DNA of 64,000 nt from Marsupella aquatica (taxonomy: Eukaryota; Plantae; Marchantiophyta), in NCBI GenBank assembly GCA_973895155.1, contig OZ316894.1, positions 24,488,709 to 24,552,708 of the forward strand. The letters run 5' to 3'. This document shows, piece by piece, positions 24,350-37,600 of the stretch. The notes under the pieces are model-generated. The model ran no database searches. It saw only the letters and a program-made list of their open reading frames with translations, and had not been told where the DNA came from. Within the stretch, counting starts at the first letter, position 1, and every line of letters begins with the position of its first letter. Position numbers and translations under genes: made by a program.

Positions 24350-25870
24350 TGGTCTTGTCATCTGTGCAAGTATGTTGTGGTTGTGGAAGTGTTGCAGTTG
24401 CAATTAATTGGGTGATTGTTGTTACAAAAGTAATGTTGTTGAGGAGAGCCATGGTGTGGAGGGAGTGGGGATGCAAGACTAGTAACAATGTCTTGCCTGG
24501 GCATTGTGGGGTCCAAGTGAGGTTGTGCGGTGCTACCTGTGCTACATGGACAGAGAACATTTGTAATTACCTTTTTGTCTCCCTAGGTTTCCCTCTGGGC
24601 CTTCCCCATGCCCGTCTAACTGTCTTTCTTTCCTCCAGCTCTCCCTCACTTGCCTTCCCACTGCCTTTCTCCCTCACCCTCTCCTTTTTGCATCCCTCCA
24701 ACACAATTAAAAAAAGATAAGAGTAAATAAACCTTAAAAAACTGGAAATTCCCTTCTCAAAAACAAAAAGACAAAAACCTTTCATCTCATGTCAATCTAC
24801 TTCCCCTTCACAGCTCCATGCCAAAAACCTCCATCTCAGGTGACACTATTTTCCTCTCCATGCTCAATGCCAAAAAGCACTGTATGCATTGGCTATGGTA
24901 AAGCCAAATTAGTCACGTACCTTGTAGCCTAGCATATGTACTGTACCTTTTACCCTGTTGTAAAAACTATATCAAACACCCATTGTGGATGATCCAAGAG
25001 TGTCAAATACTCTGGACACATGTGCAGAGAGAGAGTAAGATTTAGTACCTTATCGTAAAGACTTTTGTGACTTTTCTCTTTGTATATTTGAGTGCATTAA
25101 TCTCCATAGTGGTTGATTTGCTACATTTTGGCAGAGCACAAATTACCACTTTGGCAAATTACCTCTATGGGAAGGACGTTTCCCTTGTATGAAGAACGCC
25201 TAGTAGTTAGACATGAACCACCAATGACCACTTTGGGGAATATTGTTTCACTTTTGTGAAAATTGGCATGAGCAAAGACTTATTATCTGGTAAGTTAATT
25301 GAAACCAGTTGCAAATGGTTAGGAACATGGTCAGATATCACATTTCAATCAAAACTGTAAAAGATAATATCCAAACATTTCTAGAGGTTTTGTGTCAATC
25401 CATCCAAGCTAAGCTTTGAAAATCCATCTGGGGCTATTAATGAAAAGTATATGTTAGATCAAGATGATTAGAATTTTCTTTTAATCTACATCCCAAGATT
25501 CTCTAGAGGCTTCACAAGTGAAGAATCCATAAATGGCCATAAGGTAAACTAAAATAGTGTGTTGCCATGGATATCTATCCCTTACACTAACCAGACCAAT
25601 AAAGTCTAATGCAAACCTACTTTTGAGGGTTACTGTGTAAAGTGAAGCCTCTAGACTGTAACTCTCAATAAGGGAAAAACAGATAAATAAAATTGGACAA
25701 AAACAGAGATGGGGCAAAAATGAACTGGAAATAGTATATAATCATTGTTATTGCAAAATTCTTTATTGTCTTGATCTCTGTTTATGTTCAAGTACTTGAG
25801 GGGCACTAATCGAATCAGGGGTGGGGGTGCAAAATGAGGATGGGGGTGGAGTACGTAGCGCTGGTACTAG
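24350..25870. mobile_element. Non-autonomous repeat element, diverged relative of the 42.3-43.7 kb segment; class and boundaries uncertain
   Basis: Shares ordered blocks with 42330-43680: a TGTTGTGGTTG-rich stretch, GCCA-AAAA-CAC-TATG.ATTGGC-AGCCAA-TACCTTGTA, AAAAT.GCATGAG, ATTTCAA and a distal GGTACTAGTGC. Confidence 0.45.
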
Positions 25871-26140
25871 TGCACCGCATTTGAAAATAGGGCCGCTTGT
25901 GAAGAGTGTCCGTGGAGTAGGGGCCGCATGTGAAAAGAGTCAATGGATTAGGGAGGCCGCCTGTGGAGAGCTCAGCTGCTCTTACTGAGTATCAAGGGTT
26001 GTGGAGAAATGGCTAGGCAGCTCTTTTGAAGAAACTTTGGTCACCTGCTCTCATAGAGCCTTGAGACTTTTTTATTCTCATCTGTATTCATATTCAAATA
26101 CTGGGTAGTTAGGCTAGCACTAGAATTTTTTATTGACTAC

Positions 26141-26257
26141 TAAATTGGCGCCAACTGAGCTCCACAAAGGAAGAATCAATTGAGGCAACACTTTTGATTG
26201 ATGATGAAAATGGCGCCAACAGAGCTCCACAGAAGGAAGAATCAATTGAGGCAACAG
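26141..26257. repeat. Tandem duplication of an ~48-bp core (period about 66)
   Basis: AATTGGCGCCAAC.GAGCTCCACA.AGGAAGAATCAATTGAGGCAACA occurs twice. Confidence 0.85.
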
Positions 26258-26769
26258 CAGGCATAATTATGCTGTATACTAACCATACTACAATACAATG
26301 CATGTAATTTAGGTATGTCTGCATTTAGAGCAGTTTGGCAGCTAGTTGCAATTTGGACAATGATGTTTAATTTCCCGCAGCAGATTCTACAGTCCTCACT
26401 GGTTACGGACCCCCATTAGGGGTCTCTTGCAAATTCTCTGCCATGAGGTTGCACCACATCACCACAATTAGCCACAAACAGGACTGATCCTACTTTAAAC
26501 AATAACAAACGTGTACATTCCTGTTTGTGGCAAAAGCAACGTAATTTTTGGGGTGCCATGCCGTAAGTATTAAATGTAAAAAAACCAAAATACAAAGGAA
26601 GAGATGTCATTTAGTAAAACAAAGTTACCATTTTGATGTTTGTCAAAGATATATCAGTGTTTTATATCAAAATGCTTGTATTTTTTAATTGTTTGCAAGT
26701 TTGGAAAAATCAATCGATAGAAATGTACATAGTTAAAACCCCTTTGGCTTCACATTGTAAAACTAAATA

Positions 26770-27225
26770 ATAAATCTCCTTAGTACTTGATAAAATCTGC
26801 CAATGTTTGATTCATTTGATCTCTTTAGTAATGTCTTGATAAAATCTCTCAATGTCACTCATTGGAAATCTAGAGTAAAATTAAAAACTCATCATCTCCT
26901 TAGTACTTGAGAAAATATATCAATGTTAGGTTAATTGGAAAGCTAGAGAAATTTAGATACTCATGATCTCTCTATATCTTGACAAATAATCTCAATGTCA
27001 CACATTAGAAAGCTAAAGAGATTGAAAACCTCCTGATCTCTTGAGTACCGTGACAACATTTGACATGAAATTTGTCAATGTCAGACTCAATGTTAGAAAG
27101 CTAAAAGAATTCATGAACTCATGATCAAAATGTCTTATACTCACACTCATTGGAAAGGCAAAGAAAATCAAAAACTCATATGGAACTTGACAAAATTTAT
27201 CAATTTGAGGCTCATTGGAAACCCT
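26770..27225. repeat. Diverged minisatellite with ~70-bp units
   Basis: Recurring ATCTC..TAGTACTTGA.AAAAT...CAATGT...ATT(G/A)GAAAGCTA.AG...AAACTC, about 6-7 copies. Confidence 0.75.
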
Positions 27226-27849
27226 TTCTCAATTAAGAGATATCACAATCTCGTCACCGTCACAAACTTAGCCGCCACAAATTGATTTCTTTGATTATGT
27301 CATCATTGTTTGTCCACAATGTTTGCTTCCCGGCTTGAATTGTCCACATCTCTTAGATAGTCTTCAACTAATGCTCACTCTGAACACAGGTTGACGCCAA
27401 ATTAATGCAACCTCTATGTCAAAGAAACAATTGTTGGTCTTCCCGCTCACACCATATAGCTTTCTTAAATAAAAATAACTACAAATCCTTTGTTTGAAGT
27501 GATGACTCGTTCATTTTGTGTGTTCTTCCCACCGAATTGAGAAGCGCTCTTTTGCCAACAGCTGGGTGTTGTGCTCTAGTGTGTCTTGTGGCGGTAATGC
27601 TCAATGTAACTCACAAACCATCAATCAAGAATGGTTGAAAATTGATTTCTCCACATTCAACCTTCCGTTTGATAAATCTCTATCTTTTGAGCATTTGTTT
27701 TTGTACGAGCACACACCAACACCATCGAGAGACTCAAAACCGTCGGTTACCACCTTGATGAAAATTGATTTCACTTAATCACACACACATTCCTTGGATG
27801 AACATGGGGGTCCACGGATTAATTACAGTCGTCACTAGTTGAAACGTTG

Positions 27850-29000
27850 TTTTATATGTTTGCAAATTGTCCGAGTTAGAGCTGTACAATCAATTACAGT
27901 AGGAGACACTGCCCACTGAGGCAAACCCAATGTTTGTCGATCGATGTGCAACGCCCACTGGATTCTTCTATCGCGCATTGTCCTCCACGAAGTCAGCTTC
28001 CTGTTGTCTCGGAGGAGAGTCCACCCCTGGTGTCCAGTGATCACTTTCTGTCAACGAGGAGTTGGCCTTATTATGTCCTCCATCCAAAAGTTTCCATTTC
28101 TGTAAGCAACAGAATTCGATACTCAATACCATCTACAGCAGTTCATTTGCAAACTGGGAATAGACCTTCCTGGAATCCAATCACGTCCATCCTCCTTTCT
28201 TGCTACGTTGTAGATGTATACAACTGCCTTGTAGATTTGGAGAGATTCTCGAATGATACGGATTTAAATGGTAGCGATTTGAGAATCTCGACCGAGAACA
28301 AGCTTGGGAAAGTAGGGGGGCTAGCAGATGCGTCAGCTAGTATGATGGGAAAATTGTACCCAAGGCTCAGTCTGATAGACAGTTGCTTGCTGCTACTTTA
28401 GCTCCATAGCAGAAAGATGCCTGTAGAATTTTGCTGGCTGGTTCGAGTCACCTTCTCGAGTGCAGTCTTGAACAGGTTCACAAATCAACGTTCCTTTGTT
28501 CTATTAGTCCGAAGTTAATGCTCGATCACCTCTCATGCGAAAGGTACCAAATTAGCCTGAGTCCTCCAACGAGAGGACTAACACATTGGGCTACCCTCCA
28601 TCCAATATGGTGCTCTAGTGAATTGCCTCACATGACTTTATCCTCATATAGAATTTATTGATTTTGGTGGCAATCAACGCTCCTGTGACACTAGCTGGCA
28701 ATCGACCAGGACACGACCCATTTTCAGTGGAAGAGATCAACGAGAAACTACACTCAAATTCGTGGCCCACCAGAAGTGAACGACTACTGTTGTTCGTGAA
28801 CTGAATACCTGACTCCTTCAAAAGTTTACTTCGCCATAGGTTTGGAGGTCATTGAAGACTTACTAGTACAATAGTAGGAGCTAACAGGGGAAGTTCTGAA
28901 CATCTCTAAAGATTTTCTGAAGTCTCGATCATACATCGGCCGCGGAGGTCCGGAAAATATCTTGAGCGCAGAATTCTACGCAAGTCCTATGATGCTTTTT
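27850..29000 (-). mobile_element. Probable highly degenerate LINE (non-LTR retrotransposon) ORF2 remnant
   Basis: Minus-strand fragments PLLAP and GIQF...SRSLL are positioned like the RT QGCPLAP and GI...SLL..FADD regions, and Trp-rich fragments follow downstream. Many stops, and no intact catalytic motif is seen. Confidence 0.3.
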
Positions 29001-31799
29001 CCTGGGCTTCTGCTCCTAAGGGTGGCTTTACAAGACGATGGGGGCAGTTTCCACATTTTTTTTGTGTCCAAGATTTGATCAAGGTCATCCATTTGAGAGA
29101 AATTGCTCTTGTTCACTTTACAAAACCTGGGGGCACTTTCAACCGAATCTGTTACCAATCCTACATGGAATGCAACTGTTACCAATCCTACATGGAATGC
29201 AATGGAGCCCAATTTTTGCTTATGTGGAGCACTCTTTTGTCCTAGATTTTAGACCACCTCTCTTGGTGGTCTCTTCTTCTGGCTGCTTGGTCCATTTCTA
29301 TTTTAAGTCATTTGTAATAAAAAGGGACCCACAAGTCCTTCATAAGATATTCTCTTCTCACATTTACAAAGACTTTAGCCAAAGATTATGTGACATTCAG
29401 GTGGAGTGGGTTTTCAATCTGTCGTTTAGTCAATTAATCTGTCACCATTGGCTGCACTTGGCTTTACAAGACCTTGGGGGCAATAAAAGGACTCAAAAAA
29501 TGCTTTTAGCCCCGGGACACTATATTTAGTGTGTGCAATGGCCCTCCAGTTTGCTTTGGTAAAAAAAACTCCCAAGTGCCCCCAATGTCTTGTAAAGTCC
29601 TCCTAATACATGGATACATGAGAGATGGACATGGATTTCACTGTGTTTTTTCCTGATGAATCACAATGAACAGAAGGCTCCTTAAATTCATTTATCTCGG
29701 CAGTAGCAGCAACACAGCACAATCATGGATTAGCTACCATAGTCCACAGTCTATTCCTCTTGGCACTCACTTTTAAAGCTAGTCTCATATCATGTGTGAT
29801 GGTTGGTAGGGGCTTTTGATTGTACATTCGAGTAACAATTAGAAAGAATTGATGTATATGAGACTAAGGGCTCAAAAACTAAAAATGCCATCAAAAACTT
29901 ATGTGTCACGTGTAAATAGTTCCACACCACCTATTTTTAAGTTGCTAAGGGTATCTTAACCTAGTCCATTCAAAACATTAAGGAGTCTCAATCCTCTTTG
30001 TTTTGTCTCCGGTCGAGGTCAAGTGGATTTCCCCCCAAAGAGGGTGGCAGACACCAAATTTCTTGTCCATACACTCCTGACCACAGACCAAAACTGCTAC
30101 TTTAGGGACAGGTTTTTTTGGCAGACCTGAAGCTTTGAGACTCCCTACTGAATGTGATGGGGGGTGGGGCCTGAGGGGCATTCAAATATTGAGACCCCCA
30201 AGGTATATAAGTTGGTGAGCTTTACCCGGATGCAATCCCCACCCTCGCCCCACCTAAACTGCAAACTCAAATCATGCAATGAGAGCTGCACTTACCAACG
30301 TGTTGGTTGTCTGGATGAATTTGTGAATATACCTGCTAGATGTTGAGAAGTTTTGTGATGTCATCTACCCAAATTGATTATTTATTAGAAGCCTGATGGC
30401 TCTTTCAAAATTACCTGGCCTGACCCTGTTTGTTGTTGGTTGCTTGGGTAGCTTTGCCCCCTTGTTTTTTTACACAACAAAAGTCGTGGTAATTCTACCA
30501 AGATCACAATAAAGAAGATATTCTGAAATGTCTTGCCTGGGGATTATCGATGTTTTGGGAACGAAATACAACTGACAAGAGAAACATGGGGACTAAACAA
30601 CAATTTGATTATTCAGTAATAAAGTAACTAATTGTTAAGTTCACCTTTGTTGCGCTAGAATGAGTGGCTATTCCTTGGGTTATTAATTCTCTTATTCTTG
30701 CTTGCAAGATTGCACATGCCATTTCCAGTATTGAAGAAAAGCAAATGGTGTGAAAATCACTTTGGTTGCATTAGATGGAAAGGGAGCATCCATCCACAAT
30801 TTGCCTTGTCCCAAAGCTACCCACTTGTCAATTTCTTTTTGTTAGCAAACTCCAGTATTTCTAACATCTATTGAAATGAATATCATTTGATCCCTAGAGA
30901 ATCTGTGCCTATCATCCCATTTGCCAAGATGAAGGCAATTCATGATTTCTAAGGTTCTTAAATTGGGCCATAACAATCTGGGATGGTTTTATTCCAGATG
31001 ATTTAGCCTCTCTATGAATGTATGTCCTGCACCTACTGGACAACATGTGCATCGTAGAACTCTGTAGTTTTTTTTCGCTTCAACTCCAAATGAATGATTA
31101 AAGTAGTTTCATGCAAGTAACACATGTGTTTAATGTATTTAATTGATAAACTCTGCCTGGGCCACACTGAAGGCCCAGTCAGTGGGTAGAGATGCAATAA
31201 AAGTAACGGGAAAAACCCAAAAACAACATGGTACCTTATATAGAAGAAGAAAGAAGACCAAACTGGGAAAGAAGACCCAACCCATATGACCCAATAACCC
31301 CCAAAAGATCTGCTGGAATTAACTAGCAGATGCCCAACTAAACTAAGTAAAATATGCAACAGGAGGGAAGCAAGGGAAAACAAACTAAAGGGACTTGCTT
31401 GAATGATAGAAGGAGTCTACAGTAGTTGATCTCTTGCACTGTTTTTGGTTTTAAGTAGTTGTCTTAATTCCAACGAGAACTGTGATCAATTTCATGGTGC
31501 CTTGTGAAATGTTGGTAATCAAAAGAGGTGGAACGCACTAGAACCACTTACAGATCATGGAGAAGGCAATGGATGGTTGTGTGCCAAGTAGGTTGCACAA
31601 GGAATTGGACTAGAAGGGAAGGGCATAATGGCACCTCTACCACAACTGCACATTATTCAAATGGAAGGGTCATCCAGTTGGTTGGGTGTAACCTGGATAT
31701 GTATGTTAAGTAGAGTAGAAGTTGTGAGAAGTTAGGCAGAGGAGAAGGACTGTTCTAGCTAAGTTGACGGCTTGCTGTGCACGTAAACCCATCAAATGA

Positions 31800-32230
31800 C
31801 GGCCAAAATACATCCAATTTGACGCATATTCCATCAGATTCCCCCAGACTCCCCTGACCTCCCCAGACCCCAGCTTGACACAGCCCGAATCCCAGCCCTG
31901 GCCCACCCAAACCCGGCCCAGACTTCCCCGGACCTGACCCCGACCCAACCAAACCCAATCCAACCAAACCCAGCCCGGACTCGCCCAGACCCTGCCCGGA
32001 CTCCTCCGGACCTCCGCGGACCCGGCCTGGACCCGACCCAACCCGGCCAGGACCCCTCCCGAACCCCTCCCTAACCAGACCTGAGCACTTTTAACTCCCA
32101 GCCTGAATCCGGCCCGACCCTGCCACCCGGACCCGACCCCGACTCCGGGAGACCGGGCAACCGGGATGATGGTGCGAAGGTATGACAGCCTCCAGCGCCC
32201 AGTTTGACGGGCAAGTCCAAACCGGGTATA
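31800..32230. mobile_element. ACCCG-rich subterminal region typical of plant hAT-type non-autonomous elements
   Basis: Dense ACCCGACCC/CCCGGACC/AACCCGG motifs end near ATGACAGCCTC, whose reverse complement GAGGCTGTCAT resembles hAT termini. Confidence 0.5.
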
Positions 32231-33381
32231 TCTCATTGTGGACAGGAAGCATAAGTGAATCATCACAAACCCGAGGTCTTGGCTTGTTTTGTTCCAAAGC
32301 ATCATTAGCAAATAAGCCAGGGTTTTTCTATTGGGTTTAGTTGAAGACTTATACTTTTGTGAACAAACATAAGGGAATTACAAATCTGAGTTTGAGCATT
32401 ATAAGAAAGGGTTTTTATAATCCAATTTTGAAATATTGTAACAGTGTTTGGAATATTCTTACAATATTTCAAAAACATAATAGTTAAAATAATATTTTTT
32501 CGCATATTTTTAGGGTGTTTATAAACCAAAAATATTTTGGGTGATTTGGGACACCCATTAGAGTGGGACCCAGGTAATCACAAAGCACTAAAGTGGGATC
32601 AAAGGGTCAATATTTCACTCAAAGTATCAACATGTGTGAAGAAGGTGGCGGATACAAGTGGGATAGGTGATCTTTGCTACTTGCTCCCTTCCTTGCTCTG
32701 TTATTTGCAAAGGTGGCATATGGTCTTGCTTGAGAAGCAGCTCCATATGATACAGGGTCTTGCTGGGAGTTTGTAAAATGCAAGCAAACAAAATTTAGCC
32801 AGGAAGGAAGGGGGATGCTAGTGAGTCACAACCATCCCCAAATTCAGTATGAATTTAGGGAGTCTCTCCGACACCCCTTTGTCATCAAGGTACTAACCTC
32901 AACATTGGATTTCTAGTGCATTTGTAGGACTCCAGATGGTCAGCATATTCCCCAGCATATTATCTGGCCAAAAGAAAGGAGTCCAAAAATTGGATTATCT
33001 GAGGAAATGGCACAAACATGAAGGTGTTTGAAACCAAGTTGGCTAGCAAGGGACTAAATTCACAAAACTGACCCTCATTATTGTGAATTCCTATGGACTA
33101 CGCAACACTAATCATGGTAACCCATCCCAAAATTTTGAGTGTGATACATACAATTGTGGGCTACACTCAAAATATTATTGAATTGTAGTGTGATACACAC
33201 AATTCACCAATATAGTAACTCTGTTTTGGGGGAATTGTGGGCTACAATGCCCCTCACCTGGGACCTGGCCCCAGTTTTGAGGGGTTATGATTGCCCATGA
33301 CACCAAGGTAACAAGGAGTTCATACCCTTTAATTGTTAACAATTTTTCACTTTTTACCACAAATTCTGGCACCTACACATT

Positions 33382-33741
33382 TGTTAGGTATTTAATCTTA
33401 GATCTAGAGTTATGATTGTAACCGTAGTTAGGGCTGACCTGAGTTCTGGACTAGTTCAGGTTAGTCATATTGCACTCTATCTCCCCAAGTAGGGTTTGCT
33501 TGGATAAGAGTAACTTAGGGCTCATTGTTACGGAGTCAGTTAAGCGATAGGGAGGAGTTGTGTTGCGGAGACTCAATATGACCAACAAACGTAAAGTGCA
33601 ATAAAACTCTTGTGTGCTCCGTTGTAACCTCAGTTAAGGTGAATCATGTATCTATCTGTGTCGACTACTTGTGCGTTGGATGACTACTTGTGCGTTGGAT
33701 GATCATGGACTTGTCGTTGTGAAAGTCATCTTTACTTGACA
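33382..33741. mobile_element. Solo LTR, 360 bp, with 5-bp target-site duplication
   Basis: Begins TGTTAGG and ends CTTGACA (TG...CA, imperfect inverted termini). Flanked on both sides by ACATT (33377-33381 and 33742-33746), with an internal AATAAA. Confidence 0.7.
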
Positions 33742-33819
33742 ACATTGATTCATGAAACTCTGATTGAGTTAGTGGCACCGTGCCATTAACTCAAAGTTGT
33801 CTCATTCTCAATATTCTCA

Positions 33820-34070
33820 CATTTTGCTCTAGCAGAATCACTGGTGACTTAGAACTAAGCAAATCCTCAACTCCTTCAGGGAGTTTCAGCCTCTATTAGA
33901 ATCCCAAGTAGTTCAAGTGAGAGAGTACTCAAAATTGTCTCTATCTCAAAATTGTCTCTATCATTTTGCTCTAGCAGAAGTGTGGGTGACTTAGAACAAA
34001 GCCTATTGTGAAGCCCTTCCTGCAGTTTCAGCCTCTGTTAAAAAAACAGTAGTTCAACTGCTAGAGGATC
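33820..34070. repeat. Direct duplication with ~143-bp period
   Basis: CATTTTGCTCTAGCAGAA...GGTGACTTAGAAC...AGTTTCAGCCTCT...AGTAGTTCAA at about 33820 and 33962. Confidence 0.8.
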
Positions 34071-34616
34071 TAAGCCCAACTCACCTTACATACCTGCCTA
34101 AATAATAGTAGACTCTCCCCAAATTACCCCAATTTGGCCACATTAGGGGCACCTCTATAGTCACCACAAAATAATGGGCAAGAATTTGGCCAAAATCTCC
34201 ACTAACGAAAAACACTCATGCTCGTCCATAAAGTACAACACTACTTGTCATTGTCATTCGTCCATAAAGTAGAGAAAGGCGCACAAAGAGAAAAAAAAAA
34301 TCCCGAATGGATTTACAACGAAAGGAGTGGACATCTTCAATTGCCCTCTCGTCCGCCCTTCATCCATGGTACAGTAATCGCATCAGCAGCAGCAGAGAAA
34401 ACGCCCACCTCGGCATGGCAGGTGGACGACGAACATCATAGCTGCACGAGAGAAAACTGGCTGAGGTTTAGTGTAGAGTAGTGGCGAGAGAATTAGCTGA
34501 GCGACGAGGCTTTGCTTTCGGCCCAAGAGCTGAGCGGAGCAAAGCAGAGATTGCGAGATTGCGACTCTCTTATCATTTCGTTGCAGCTGTTGCAGCTGTT
34601 GTTGTTGTTGTTAGAG

Positions 34617-37600
34617 ATGGCCGCGGTCTCAGCTACGATCGTCGGTGCTGTTCTAAGATTGGATGCTGCGCGGCAGACGGTTGCAACGCAGGTGGTAACC
34701 TCGATCGGAGGCCATAGCGAGCGCTCTTTGAGAAATTCGAGGATTGTCCGGTGCCGTTCCCCCCTTTTCTCCAATTTAGCTGGGTTTATTGTGTTCGTGG
34801 CTACTGTAGTCGAAGTGGTCATTCAAGAGACGCTTTTCTGTGGTCTGCGTGACAACAATGCTTGATCTAAAATGTATGGCGTTTTCATCTGTTGGAGTCT
34901 AGGATTTTTTCCAACGTAAAGACATGTTGTTGCTACCTGTCTGCAATCTGTGTTGGGCCGTGCGTATTGTATCTTAGAAATTGCTTTCCTTGTGTTTTTG
35001 TAAGATTGTGAACAGTGTCCTTGATTTAGAAACTATGACACGCCTTGGAAGCTTCAGAGGTACTATGTATTTCTCTCGAGATTTGGTGGAGTTGTCCACG
35101 TAGTTTGAGGGCTGCTTCACCTTAGAGAGTTTACGATATAAAAGCCAATGAGTGCATATTAGTTTTTTCCATGGTTTCCGTCCCAAGGAGTGGGTGCCAC
35201 TTATGTGGACAGACAGATGGAAGGAAGGAGCTGGAGCGCTCTGTTTTTCTCACAGCAGTCTGTTAAGCAGAAGCCCGGGATTTCACGGAGCTGCAGTGCC
35301 ACTGGTTTCTAGGGAAAGCGGCTCTGCGTCGGTGGCTTTGGATCAGCGGAATGGGGGAATGGGAGTCATTGCCAGGAGTGGTGGCGGTGGGCAAGCTTAC
35401 CGGCCTCCTCGGACCAGCCCTGGCTCTCGTCGTGGCCCGAATCAGCAGCAAGATTCTGGAAGAGACGATGGACCGCTTTTGAACACTGACATTCGGTCTC
35501 TCCCTATTTGCCGATCTACAGTCTTTCAAAAATCGAATTTTCATTGAATTTTATTTTATTTCCCTTTGAACAATTAAATTTATTAGCTGCAATGGTTCGG
35601 CAGCAAATGTGTGGATTCTTGGCTGCTGAATCGTTTATTTGTGAATCCTTCTCACCTGGTGCCTGTGTACATGAAAACTTTGCTGCTACTATATTAAGCA
35701 AAGTTGCAGGGAATTGAGACTGATCTGAAAATGTGCATCTCACAGGGTACCTTATGTCAGGCTTTTGGACGAAGAGCAAAACATGGTGAGTAGCAATATG
35801 TACTTGCCTTCACTTTTGAAATTCTGAGTCGGGGAAAATAAATGATACTTTGTGAGCAGGATTGTCTAGCGGACGAAGGGGCCAAGTTGTTGAAAGGAAG
35901 AACTTAATTGCATTTGGATTTTTTCCACCACGTAGGGTCACACAAAGTGTTACATCTCTTGCTTTTCGTCTCTACTGTGTATGCTAATTCCAATGGATTG
36001 TAAACCCTAAACCCCACGGCTACGGCAGTCTTGTCTGAATGGGTATAAAATCCCATCAATTACTCTGTATTGATGCAAGTGTCAATGTCTGTTCAATTAT
36101 TGTAGATTGGAGTGGTCACAACATCCGAAGCACTACAACGATCAAGGGACGCTGACCTTGACCTCGTAAGTCCTCGTGCTTTCTCGCAAGCCGTTTTTGG
36201 AATAGTATAATGTTGCCACTTGCAGCACGATTCGCTGAATGTGTTTGGCAATGTATCAAAACTGATGACTACGTATGAAAAATCTTTTCCATTTTTTATT
36301 TTTCCTCTCCGCTTAGCTCAACCGTGTCTACACTCAGGTTTCGCTTCGAATCCTTAGGAAATTATCAAACTTTGCAACTTCTGAACGTTGTTTGTATGAT
36401 TTGGAACAGGTGATGATATCCCCTGATGCAGATCCTCCAGTCGCTAGAATCATGGATTATAGGTAATAAGAGTCACCTTGCCAGCGTTGTCTTCGTAAAG
36501 TTTGCCTTACACTACTTCATGAAAGCGTGGTTTGACAAAGTCAGCAATCGTTCATCAAATGTGCAGCAAATATAGGTATGAGTTACAGAAGAAGAAACGA
36601 GAAGCTCAGAAAAAGGCCGCTGGTATGTTGCATCATCACTATGGCAAATATCTTGTCCATGGGTTGTTAAATTTGAATAGGGAGAGTTCGAGGATGTAAA
36701 CTTGTTGAAACAGGCCTAGTTAGGCTGAAAATCCATGTATGCACCATGTGTTTAACCTGGTCACAAATATATTCTGGCGACGATTTTCTCTTGTTCTTGC
36801 GTTCGTCTTGTTTTTTTAATTTTAATTTTATCTGAACCATTTTTCTTGTCCAGCGAACCGTCAGGTGTTGAAAGAGTTGAAAATGAGATATAACATTGAT
36901 ACACATGACTACGCTGTGCGCCAAAGGGCAGCTCAGAGATTCCTTAAAGATGGAGATAAGGTAATAGATCATTTTCAGCTAAGATGCGTAGTCCCTCTAG
37001 AGATTAGGCTTTCTGACGGTTGAAGGTCTGCCAAAGTCGCTTGTGCTGAAGAGTCCTCGTTTTGTTCCAATGCATGCAGTTGCACTTCTCCTAATCCTTT
37101 CTTTTCTCTTTCCTGTCTACATGCAGGTCAAAGTGGTTTGTCAATTTAAAGGTCGTGAAATGGATTTCAAGGAACTTGCGGTGAAGTTATTCCAACGTTT
37201 CCAGGAAGAGATTGGGGCGGTACGCACTTTTCCTCGCAATGTCACGTGTCTAAAGGTTATGGTGTCTATAGTTTGGGGACACTGGTAATTTCTTCACTAT
37301 TTAAAAAAGTGTCACAGCATCCAGACGAGGTCTCGTCGGGAATACGACAGGAGACTGCTTATGTATCAGCGAGTGTCAAAGCCTCGAAGCCATAAACTCT
37401 GGCACTGAATGCGCAATATTGAGAATATGGACGTGAGTAGCAGCATGCAGTCTGCCCTGCTTTGTCAGCTATCTCCGATGGTAGTGTTAAATCAGTAGTG
37501 GCTATCAATCCAAGTTGGAAAACTTTATCAAAGCACGTGAAAGCAACCTGCACCAGGGACTCACCCCATGACACAATTCGCAATTCAAACTCACCTCCTC

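Noticed and set aside
28976-29212. RSPGKSIIGL as the LINE KSPG.DG motif
   Set aside because: It overlaps a non-coding repeated motif cluster and lacks the conserved DG, so it was not used as evidence.
31706-32311. 201-aa Gly/Arg/Trp-rich ORF
   Set aside because: It is a by-product of the GC-rich ACCCG repeats and has no domain features.
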